DNA from: a virus
DNA length: 64,000 nt
Strand: one strand, 5' to 3'
Virus record (IMG/VR): IMGVR_UViG_3300048014_000353
Coordinates: 1 to 64,000 of that record
The notes below the pieces were generated by a model that worked only from the letters and a program-made list of their open reading frames with translations, ran no database searches and was not told the DNA's origin. A program made the translations under genes and the position numbers. This document shows positions 26,988 through 34,369 of the stretch, in pieces (the first letter of the stretch is position 1; each line of letters starts with the position of its first letter).

Positions 26988-27278
26988 GATCGTCTTCCTT
27001 TCATGGCCGCACGCCGACGACCCTGCGCCGCCGCGGGGCCGACGGCGTCGTCCCTTCGGGGTGCCGCGCGATCTCGATCTTGGGCGCGCTGTCGGGCGTA
27101 AGCGTCCCGCGCCGCCGGCGCGCCTCGGTGAACTCGGCGCGCACCATCGCCGGAAGGTGCTCCGACCAGACGAGGCGCAGCTTCGGCGCCGTGCGCGGAG
27201 CCACAAACGAACGAAGGCCCATCTCCCTCGGCTTTACGCCGGAGAGATGGGCCTGTCAGTTCGGTACTACAGCGCCGA

Positions 27279-27839
27279 CTACTTCTTCAGGACGTACACC
27301 GTCGCGCGCCGCTCACCCGTGCTCGTCACGAAACCGTGCGCCTGGTCCGCCGCCAACATGCGCGTGAGGCGCCGGCGGAACTTCGGCGGGACGCCGAGCT
27401 TCGCGCGAAGGTCCTCGACCCGCAACCCCTGAGCGCCCGCGGCGCGCAGGAGCGCGTGCACGTCCTCCCGCACAGCCGGCTGCCCCTTTTTCGGCGTCGG
27501 CGTCGGCGTCGCGGGTGCGGCCGCGGCGGGCGCGGCTTTGGCAACCGGCGCGGTCTTGGCTGGCGACGGGGCGACGGTCTTTGCCAGCGGGCGCGCGCTT
27601 TGGGAAGGCCGTGTCCGACCTTTGGATGGAGCTGACGCATGGCGACTCGGGGTCGGCGCATGATCTTCGGTCCGCGTGTCGGACGCCTGCTCCGGGCGCA
27701 TCCCGAACGTGGCGGCGAGTTCCTCGCGCACCGCGCGCTGCGCGGCGCGCTGGACCATGTTCCAGAACGCGGCTCCGGTCTCTTCGGCCACGAGCTCCGC
27801 GACGCGCACTGCGATTCGTTTCGACATGTCATCGGCCAT
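27279..27839 (-). CDS. Putative nucleoid-associated DNA-binding protein
   Basis: Helical N-terminus, Ala/Lys/Pro linker, C-terminal winged-helix-like segment ending TGERRATVY. Confidence 0.55.
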   Translation of the reverse strand: MADDMSKRIAVRVAELVAEETGAAFWNMVQRAAQRAVREELAATFGMRPEQASDTRTEDHAPTPSRHASAPSKGRTRPSQSARPLAKTVAPSPAKTAPVAKAAPAAAAPATPTPTPKKGQPAVREDVHALLRAAGAQGLRVEDLRAKLGVPPKFRRRLTRMLAADQAHGFVTSTGERRATVYVLKK

Positions 27840-27973
27840 AGGGATCTCTCCGTTGTGGGGGGAATGAACCCGAGGACTACGACGAGCGCGGCTGCCGCGC
27901 TAACCCCCTTCGATTCGCACGGAGCAGGCGTTCAGGTGGCGCAGCGCGTGCGGGTCGAAAGACAATGGGCTCC

Positions 27974-28195
27974 ATGGCCCTCGTCACCTGCCCCGACTGC
28001 ATTACGTCCGTGTCCGATGCCGCTGCCGCCTGCCCAAAGTGCGGGCGGCCGATGCGCGCAGCCCCCACGTCCCCGGACTCCGCTCCCGTCGTGACGACGC
28101 CGGACGTGTGGCACGACCGGAACTACGGGTGCCTGGGCGGTGCAGTCCTCATCTTGATCGTGGCGCTGGTCTTGTTCGCCAAGTGCGTCCAGTAG
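27974..28195 (+). CDS. Zinc-ribbon membrane protein on the opposite strand
   Basis: MALVTCPDC...SDAAAACPKCGRP followed by a C-terminal transmembrane segment. Confidence 0.7.
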   Translation: MALVTCPDCITSVSDAAAACPKCGRPMRAAPTSPDSAPVVTTPDVWHDRNYGCLGGAVLILIVALVLFAKCVQ

Positions 28196-28199
28196 CCGG

Positions 28200-29291
28200 C
28201 TAGCCGCCGAACTCGCGGAAGCTGTCCTCGACCAGGTCGACGCAGAGCTCGTCGAGCTTCGCGCGATCGGGCGCGTCGGGAAGCTTGGACGCCTTGGCGA
28301 TCGCGTCGAGCTCCGCGTTCTCGCGGTCGCTCCACTCGATGAGCTGCTCGATGGTCCAGGCGCCCCGTCGGATCGCGAGCAACTCCTCGGCGTCCGGTCG
28401 TCGCACGAGGACCTTGCCGGTCGTGAGGATCTCCCGGCACATCTTCAGTAGCCGAACGAGATGCATGCCGTGCTTGAGATCGTAGCCGAACTTGGCCTCG
28501 AGCTCCGCGCGGGCCGCATTTCGGTTCACCTTCCACGCCTGGTACTGTTCCCACTCTTTGTGCCGTGCGTGGTACTGGCGCTCCCGGTCGAGAAGCTCGA
28601 TGAAGTTGGACTCGAACCCGACCGCGCGCGCCGCGCCGATCCAGAGGTCACCGGTCGTCACGTGCATCTCGGCGATGGAGTCGGCCATCTTGTCCGCGAT
28701 GAGGAGGCGGCTCGCGGGGTCAAGGTCTCCGACGAAGTCGAGGTTCCAGTCCTTCAGCTTTTTCTCGACCGCGGATCGGGCGGCGGCGATCTGGTCCTGC
28801 GGGATGACCGTCCGCTCGGGTAGACCGAACTCTGCACGCGTCGGCGGCGCCGTCATCGGGTCGCGCAGCCAGCGCATGTGCCCTCGGATTCGGCGAAGCT
28901 GCCCGGTCGCGTACCCCGCGTAGGTGTGCTTGGCCTTCTTCGAGAGGAAAAGATCGCGCGCCGCACGCAGACGCTCACCGAGCGGCGTCATCACGAGCAC
29001 GTCGCTGTCCTCGACGAAGAGGATCTCAAGTACGTTCGGGTTGCAGTCGGCCGCGAGCTGCATGAACTTTCGCAGGCCGAAGATGGTCACGTCCGGCGAC
29101 TTCATCTCGGCCTGCTCAAAGGCGTGCGCGAAGCCGTGGAAGTAGCTGCTCGGCGGGATGGCAACGCCGCGGAAGTCTTCGTCGCTGGTCGCGATGTTGG
29201 TTCCATAAGCATGCGATCCGTGCCGTGCGAAGAACACCGTGCGGCGCGTGAGCCATGGCAGGTTTCCCGTGTACGGAATGCAGTACGTCAT
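28200..29291 (-). CDS. Nucleotidyltransferase, Pol-beta superfamily (RlaP/Nuc-transf-like)
   Basis: HGSHAYGTNIATSDEDFRGV...CNPNVLEILF...GYDLKHGMHLVRLL. Confidence 0.85.
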   Translation of the reverse strand: MTYCIPYTGNLPWLTRRTVFFARHGSHAYGTNIATSDEDFRGVAIPPSSYFHGFAHAFEQAEMKSPDVTIFGLRKFMQLAADCNPNVLEILFVEDSDVLVMTPLGERLRAARDLFLSKKAKHTYAGYATGQLRRIRGHMRWLRDPMTAPPTRAEFGLPERTVIPQDQIAAARSAVEKKLKDWNLDFVGDLDPASRLLIADKMADSIAEMHVTTGDLWIGAARAVGFESNFIELLDRERQYHARHKEWEQYQAWKVNRNAARAELEAKFGYDLKHGMHLVRLLKMCREILTTGKVLVRRPDAEELLAIRRGAWTIEQLIEWSDRENAELDAIAKASKLPDAPDRAKLDELCVDLVEDSFREFGG

Positions 29292-29559
29292 GCGGCTTTC
29301 CGTTCCTTGTCCTTCACGACCGCGACCATACGGCACTCCGCGCACGACTTGAAGCCGACCGTGACCGGGTCCCCGCAGCGGCAAACGCCGACGCGCTTCT
29401 TGTTCCAGTAGGAGCGTCGGTTGGATGCGCGTCGCGACTTGCGACACGGAGCACAGAGACACGCGTCTCCGCGCGCGATCGGGCGCGCGCCGCACTCGCA
29501 CATCCCCGCGGCCCTCATCCGAGCGCGGAACGACTTGACGTATTCGTAGGGCATCGCGC

Positions 29560-29851
29560 TCACGGTCGCCTCCGGAGAAATTCGCGAATCTCGTCGATGG
29601 ACACCGGCGCGTAGGCCCACTGATCGACCCCCACGTTCAGCATCCCGTTCTGGCTCGCCGGCTCGATGCGGTACCTCCAGAGTTCGTGGACGTGTCCGTG
29701 GAGAAGCGCGCGCCCGGGAGCCATCGGCGGCCGGTACTCGGGGTAGCGCGGCTCCGCCGAGTGGTCGCCCACCGCAGGAAAGTGGCAGAGGCGAAACTCC
29801 TCGTAGTCCACCCAGTTGCCGTGGATGGTCGCGAAGCCGAGCCGGTGGTAG
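29560..29851 (-). pseudogene. Metallophosphoesterase, C-terminal half (split by the IS1 element)
   Basis: LCHFP, LLHGHVH, LNVGVDQWAYAPVS. Confidence 0.85.
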
Positions 29852-29913
29852 GGCACTGGTCGGTTTTGAAATGACGCGGCTCGTGCCAACGGCGGCGGGG
29901 CACTCTCTCGCCC

Positions 29914-30237
29914 ATGGCGATCCTGTTGGAGCGGGTCACGTGGCGGAAGGCGAAGCAGTTCACGGCAGGGGCGACGACGCCGGACCTTACGGCGGACGAA
30001 GTCGCCAACGCGAGGCGCGCGCTTCGTGTCCTACGGACACGTCACGGTGGCACCCGCGCGCTCGCGGACGCGATTGGCGTAAGAGTCGCGACAGTACAGA
30101 ACGGGATGAAACCACGTCGGAAGGTCGGCGTCGGGCTCGCGCTACGTCTTGCGCGGCTCGCGGGCGTGCCGCTGGAGGACGTACTTAGTGGGGCTTGGCC
30201 GAAGCATGGCTCGTGCCCTATGTGCGGCCGCTGTTGA
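29914..30237 (+). CDS. XRE-like HTH passenger protein
   Basis: RALADAIGVRVATVQN...VGLALRLARLAGVPLEDVL. Confidence 0.65.
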   Translation: MAILLERVTWRKAKQFTAGATTPDLTADEVANARRALRVLRTRHGGTRALADAIGVRVATVQNGMKPRRKVGVGLALRLARLAGVPLEDVLSGAWPKHGSCPMCGRC

Positions 30238-30421
30238 TGCCGCGCACGATGCGGGCGCCCGTTACCAGCGTCTCCCTAGCCCACGAAGTTACCGGCTTTC
30301 CAGCTAGACGCGCGGCCTCGACGATTTCGCCACGTTCCTCTTCGCTCAATCGCAAGGTGAACACCGTTGCGCGTGCTTCCCCCTCTGGCAGAGGGGGGCG
30401 CCCCATGCGCTTCGCCTTCAC
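30218..30421 (-). CDS. Ribbon-helix-helix/CopG-like protein
   Basis: MGRPPLP...VFTLRLSEEERGEIVEAARLAGKPVTSWARETL; coupled to the transposase stop. Confidence 0.7.
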   Translation of the reverse strand: MKAKRMGRPPLPEGEARATVFTLRLSEEERGEIVEAARLAGKPVTSWARETLVTGARIVRGINSGRT

Positions 30422-31263
30422 TGGGCATCCGTCCGGCTAAGCGCGGCATCCAGCAGCTCGTCCATGCTCCAGACGTGCTGCGCGACGCCAGCGGCCATCG
30501 CGGGCGTGCAGCGAATCGTCGAGTGGATCCGGCAGAGGTTGTAGTGCGCGAAGTGCAGCGCGACAGCGGCGCCATGGTTTTCCAATTTCTTCGAGTGCGC
30601 GTTCGTCAGCCGCGTGAAACGGCGGATCTGCATCCTCATCGTCAAGTTCTGGCGCTCGACGTAGCTCGTCGAGACCAGATCGGCGTCCGGCGAGCCGTAG
30701 ATCGGCGTCTTCTCCGTCGAAGTCACCCGCGGGGGCGAGTACCTACCACTGCCGGCGGCCTCGGCCTCGAACTCCTTTACGATCTGCGCGTAGTGCACGC
30801 CGCGCGACGCGAAAGCATCGCCGATCGCGTTGACGTACATGCGCAGACCGTCGGTGCTGATCTGCACGCGGTAGCGGAGGCGTGATGCGAGGTCCGAGAT
30901 GAACACGTTCGTCGTCTCCGCGTTGCGCTTGCCGGTGAGGAAGCACGGGATCAGCTTCGTGTCGGCGTCGATCGCGACATACGTCCACGTGTCGCCCACG
31001 CGCGAATCGTCGTCGTTGTCGGTCACACGCCTCTGCTTCTTCTGCACGAACGCCCACAGCTCGTCGATCTCCAGCCGCTTGCACGAGAGGTCACGCATCG
31101 TTTCGTCGAGCAGCGCCGCGCAGCCGTCGCCGACGCGCACGAGCAGACTGAGGACCGTCTCGCGACTCACGCCGACGAGACGCTCCGTGCCGCGCACGGA
31201 GACACCCTCGACGAGCGCGCTGAGGACCGCGATCTGCTTGGAGCGGGGGAGCACGTTTGCCAT
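30418..31263 (-). CDS. IS1-family DDE transposase
   Basis: HTH (EGVSVRGTERLVGVSRETV), LEIDELW, ISTDG, TSYVERQNLTMR..RRFTR.T..HSKK.ENH, TPAMAAG. Confidence 0.9.
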   Translation of the reverse strand: MANVLPRSKQIAVLSALVEGVSVRGTERLVGVSRETVLSLLVRVGDGCAALLDETMRDLSCKRLEIDELWAFVQKKQRRVTDNDDDSRVGDTWTYVAIDADTKLIPCFLTGKRNAETTNVFISDLASRLRYRVQISTDGLRMYVNAIGDAFASRGVHYAQIVKEFEAEAAGSGRYSPPRVTSTEKTPIYGSPDADLVSTSYVERQNLTMRMQIRRFTRLTNAHSKKLENHGAAVALHFAHYNLCRIHSTIRCTPAMAAGVAQHVWSMDELLDAALSRTDAQ

Positions 31264-31385
31264 GAACTAAACGTAACACGATAACAAACGACCGCAAGCG
31301 CAAAACATCGTTTTTTATGGCGTACGGAATGGTTTTTGGAATAATTTAGTTGACCTTTCTCTCTGGATTCGCCAAAGTCCTCAAA

Positions 31386-32012
31386 ATGCAGACCGTTCGC
31401 AGCGATGGGCGCCTGGAATACCTCAAGGAGCCGGACGTTCGTGCGAGGCTGGACAGGCATCACGACGCGCTTGCGAGGCTTGTCCGCGAGGCAAACGACC
31501 TCTGGGACCTCCACCTTGGAAAGCACTTCTCGCAGCCACTATCGCGGACGCGGAAGCAGTGCGTGTCGAACGCCTACTACTGCGGCGCCAAGGCCGTGTT
31601 TGGCGAGACGTCGGGCATCCGACTCGTGGAGGAGTCGGAGCGGCTCATGCTGGTAATCGACGACTCGTTCGTTGTGCGGTTCAAGTTCCTCAACCGGGGC
31701 AAGCGCACGATCAACTACCCCACGTCGGCGTCGCTCAAGATGGACGCTCAGTTGCCGATCCGTATCGCCGGGATCGAGCGCCTGCCTCGCGTTGTTCTTG
31801 GCTACACGCTCGGCGGGGTACCGCTGGCGCTCGACGGCACCTTCGTTCTGTTCGCCGTCGACAACAAGCCGATGTGGCACTACGGCATCGACGGCAAGGA
31901 CGCCGAGTCGCTTGTTCTCCCGTTCGAGGACGAAGACATGCCGGCCGAACACGAGTTTCGGATGGTGGGCGACGCGGATGAGTCCGACGAGTCTGCGAAG
32001 AAGGGCGGGTAA
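31386..32012 (+). CDS. Uncharacterised protein, putative toxin/effector partner of the HTH-M78 gene
   Basis: VVRFKFL...INYPT...Q...LPRVVLGYTL pattern resembles ORFs I recall upstream of XRE-ImmA genes; acidic tail; 14 nt from the next gene. Confidence 0.55.
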   Translation: MQTVRSDGRLEYLKEPDVRARLDRHHDALARLVREANDLWDLHLGKHFSQPLSRTRKQCVSNAYYCGAKAVFGETSGIRLVEESERLMLVIDDSFVVRFKFLNRGKRTINYPTSASLKMDAQLPIRIAGIERLPRVVLGYTLGGVPLALDGTFVLFAVDNKPMWHYGIDGKDAESLVLPFEDEDMPAEHEFRMVGDADESDESAKKGG

Positions 32013-32026
32013 CCAGGAGGCGGAAG

Positions 32027-33091
32027 ATGCCGAACGTCAACAAAGACATGCTCGTGCTCGCGCGCGAGTCGAGGCGCCTTACGCAGGAAAATCTGGCAAA
32101 GCTGGCAGGAGTTGGGCAGGGAACGATTTCAAAGGCCGAGGGCGGCTCTGGCCCAAGCGACGATCTCGTTGCTGCGTACGCGAAGCACCTCCGGTACCCG
32201 GTCGAGTTCTTCTACGAGACCCCGCCATCGACGCGGCTGCCGGTCGCCTTCTACCGGAAGAAGAGGTCGGTGGACGTGAAGCACCTTCGCGCCATCGACG
32301 CGCAAATGCGCATCTTGCGCATGCACTTGGACAAGCTCCTTCGATCGGTGGAGGCGCCTCCGATGCGGGTCCCTCTGGTGAACCTTCTCCGCGACTATCG
32401 CGGCTCGGCGAGCGACCTCGCTCAGGAGTTGCGGCTGCGGTGGCACGTGAAAAAGGGGCCTATCGAGAACATGACAAAGCTCGCCGAATCGCTCGGCGTC
32501 TTCGTCATTCGTTGGCACTTCGACACGCCGGATGTCGATGCGCTCAGCATGCACGAGGATGGCTTGCCTCCCGTCATCGTGATCGATGCAGCGATGTCGG
32601 GCGACCGCATGCGTTTCACGATCGCGCATGAACTCGCGCATATCATCATGCACCACCATCTCGCGCTCCCAGGGGCCGACTACGAAGCAGAGGCAGACGA
32701 GTTTGCGGCGGAGCTGCTGATGCCGAGGGACGAGATAAGGCCATTCCTGCGCGGACTGACCGTCGAAAAGCTCGCGCACCTGAAGGCTCACTGGCGCACC
32801 TCGATGGCGTCACTTCTACGTCGGGCCGGCGACCTGGAGGCGATCTCCGAGAGCCAGAGCGCAAAGCTCTGGTCGGTCATGTCCCACCTTGGGTTCAAGC
32901 GAAGTGAGCCCGTCGACGTTCCGCAGGAAGAGCCGACGCTCGCGAGGAACCTAGTCGCCTTCCACATGAAGCGGCTCGGCTACAGCGCGAAGGAAATGAG
33001 CTTGATGCTTCCTTGGAGCGAAGAGGAATTCGCTCGCACATATCTGGACGGCGCCACTCGCCGCGCAGGACTCCGAGTCGTGAAGTGGTGA
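32027..33091 (+). CDS. XRE HTH plus ImmA/IrrE (M78) zinc metallopeptidase
   Basis: LARESRRLTQENLAKLAGVGQGTISKAE; RFTIAHELAHI (intact HExxH); EAEADEFAAELLMP. Confidence 0.92.
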   Translation: MPNVNKDMLVLARESRRLTQENLAKLAGVGQGTISKAEGGSGPSDDLVAAYAKHLRYPVEFFYETPPSTRLPVAFYRKKRSVDVKHLRAIDAQMRILRMHLDKLLRSVEAPPMRVPLVNLLRDYRGSASDLAQELRLRWHVKKGPIENMTKLAESLGVFVIRWHFDTPDVDALSMHEDGLPPVIVIDAAMSGDRMRFTIAHELAHIIMHHHLALPGADYEAEADEFAAELLMPRDEIRPFLRGLTVEKLAHLKAHWRTSMASLLRRAGDLEAISESQSAKLWSVMSHLGFKRSEPVDVPQEEPTLARNLVAFHMKRLGYSAKEMSLMLPWSEEEFARTYLDGATRRAGLRVVKW

Positions 33092-33095
33092 AAAC

Positions 33096-33129
33096 AACGC
33101 CCGAGCGAGGTGACTCGCTCGGGCGTTTT
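33096..33129 (+). terminator. Perfect 14-bp hairpin plus TTTT directly 5' of the tRNA-like gene
   Basis: AACGCCCGAGCGAG-GTGA-CTCGCTCGGGCGTT-TT. Confidence 0.65.
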
Positions 33130-33224
33130 GGAAGCTTCGCCGTTCACTGGCGTGATTGAGGGGCTCTACATCCCGAGGCCCGCGGCTGGTACCCGCGTGG
33201 GGTTCGATTCCCGAAGCTTCCGCC
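33130..33224 (+). tRNA. tRNA-Sec-like allo-tRNA (9/3 cloverleaf) with CUA (amber) anticodon
   Basis: Manual fold: 9-bp acceptor GGAAGCTTC/GAAGCTTCC, G discriminator plus CC; D-arm CGTTCAC-TGGC-GTGATTG; anticodon arm GGGG-CTCTACA-TCCC; V-arm CGCGG-CTGGTAC-CCGCG; T-arm GGG-TTCGATT-CCC. Confidence 0.75.
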
Positions 33225-33231
33225 TCCGATT

Positions 33232-33540
33232 CTAACTCCGCTTCTTCGCTTCGTCCGCCAGGATCGAAGCGCGCACGGCCATGACCGGCCCGTCCACGGG
33301 CGGCACGCCGAGGATGGCCTTGAAGCGCCGCCGCGTGCCCTCGACGAGAACGCTCCAAGCATACGCACGCGTCGCGCCGCTCGGATGCCCAGCGAGCGCG
33401 AAGACCTTCACGGCGCCCTGCCAGACGATCTCGCCCTTGAAGCGCTCGTCCACCTCGACGGTCTCGACGTAGGTCGCTGGTACCCCGTGGAGATGCTCGA
33501 CGGCCTCGCGCAGTTCGTCGATCGAAACATCGTCGTCCAT
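33232..33540 (-). CDS. Conserved hypothetical passenger protein
   Basis: VWQGAVKVFALAGHPSGATRAYAWS...GVPPVDGPVMAVRASI; I recall this family from IS cargo. Confidence 0.65.
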   Translation of the reverse strand: MDDDVSIDELREAVEHLHGVPATYVETVEVDERFKGEIVWQGAVKVFALAGHPSGATRAYAWSVLVEGTRRRFKAILGVPPVDGPVMAVRASILADEAKKRS

Positions 33541-33607
33541 GCGGGCGAGTCTACGCGAGCGCGGACGATGCGCAGCGCGTCACGAAAGTTCAAAACCGAC
33601 CAGTGCC

Positions 33608-33896
33608 GGTGGTAGCGGTCGGCGGCGTTCCTCCATTTCCGGTGCTTTGGAAAACAAGCGTCGTGATTGCCGGCGATGAGGTGGTGGCGGCCGTTGAGCC
33701 GCGGGAGGTAGTCGCGGACGAGGCGGTCGTCGAGGCTGAAGTCTCCGAGGTGGAACGTCTCGTCCTCGGGGCTCACCCGATCGTTGAACCGCGCGACCAG
33801 CGCCTCGTTCATCTCGGCCACGTCGGCAAACGGGCGGCTCGCGTACCGGATGACGGCCGCGTGGCCGTAGTGCTGGTCGGAGGTGAAGAAGATCAA
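33608..33896 (-). pseudogene. Metallophosphoesterase, N-terminal half
   Basis: FFTSDQHYGH, FHLGDFS, LIAGNHD; joins in frame (DRYH-RLGFAT) to the 29560-29851 half when the IS is removed. Confidence 0.9.
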
Positions 33897-34369
33897 ACGA
33901 AGGTAGGTCCATACATTCGTCGCAGCGGCCCAATGGCTTCCAACGATTCGCTATCGAATGTCTCGGTGAAGAGTCGGTCCTTTCGAAACCAGGTGCAACG
34001 AACGGTATAGTGGCTGACGGTCTCGTACTCCCGCTCGGAGAGCGTGGCCTCGACCGTCATCCAAGGGCCTCCGGACTTCAGCTTGACGATCGCGCCGCGG
34101 CACCAGTAGGGCGGCCGCTGCTCCCCCTTGAGAGCGGGCTCGTCGCTTGACGGGCCGAACAGAAGCTTCGCGTCGGCTTCGGTGAGGAGGGCGACCACCG
34201 ACATGAGCGTGCAGTCGGCCTCGGCGAGGCGGTAGAGGATCTCTTTGTAGTTCCGCTCCTCCTTCGTGTTGAGCGAGCCGTCGCTGAGGCGCGTCTTGAC
34301 CAGACCGAAAATCGCCGGGAGCGCCGACGGCGGCGGATCCTTCACAGGTATCCTGTCGTCGCCGTCCAT
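33893..34369 (-). CDS. Protein with a C-terminal DUF2158/YodC-like domain
   Basis: GAIVKLKSGGPWMTV...VRCTWF...ETFDSESL. Confidence 0.7.
   Translation of the reverse strand: MDGDDRIPVKDPPPSALPAIFGLVKTRLSDGSLNTKEERNYKEILYRLAEADCTLMSVVALLTEADAKLLFGPSSDEPALKGEQRPPYWCRGAIVKLKSGGPWMTVEATLSEREYETVSHYTVRCTWFRKDRLFTETFDSESLEAIGPLRRMYGPTFV

Larger units (their letters stand above)
29852..33607. mobile_element. IS1-family cargo transposon (3756 bp)
   Basis: Perfect 19-bp terminal inverted repeats GGCACTGGTCGGTTTTGAA; 8-bp target duplication GGTGGTAG (29844-29851 and 33608-33615); internal IS1-type transposase. Confidence 0.92.

Noticed and set aside
33111-33128. Operator copy inside the IS hairpin
   Set aside because: Only a half-site (TGACTCG) with no matching second arm.
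33130-33224. Genuine selC or genome-wide amber recoding
   Set aside because: The anticodon is CUA rather than UCA and there are no selAB genes. Conserved genes read intact in the standard code and several end in TAG.
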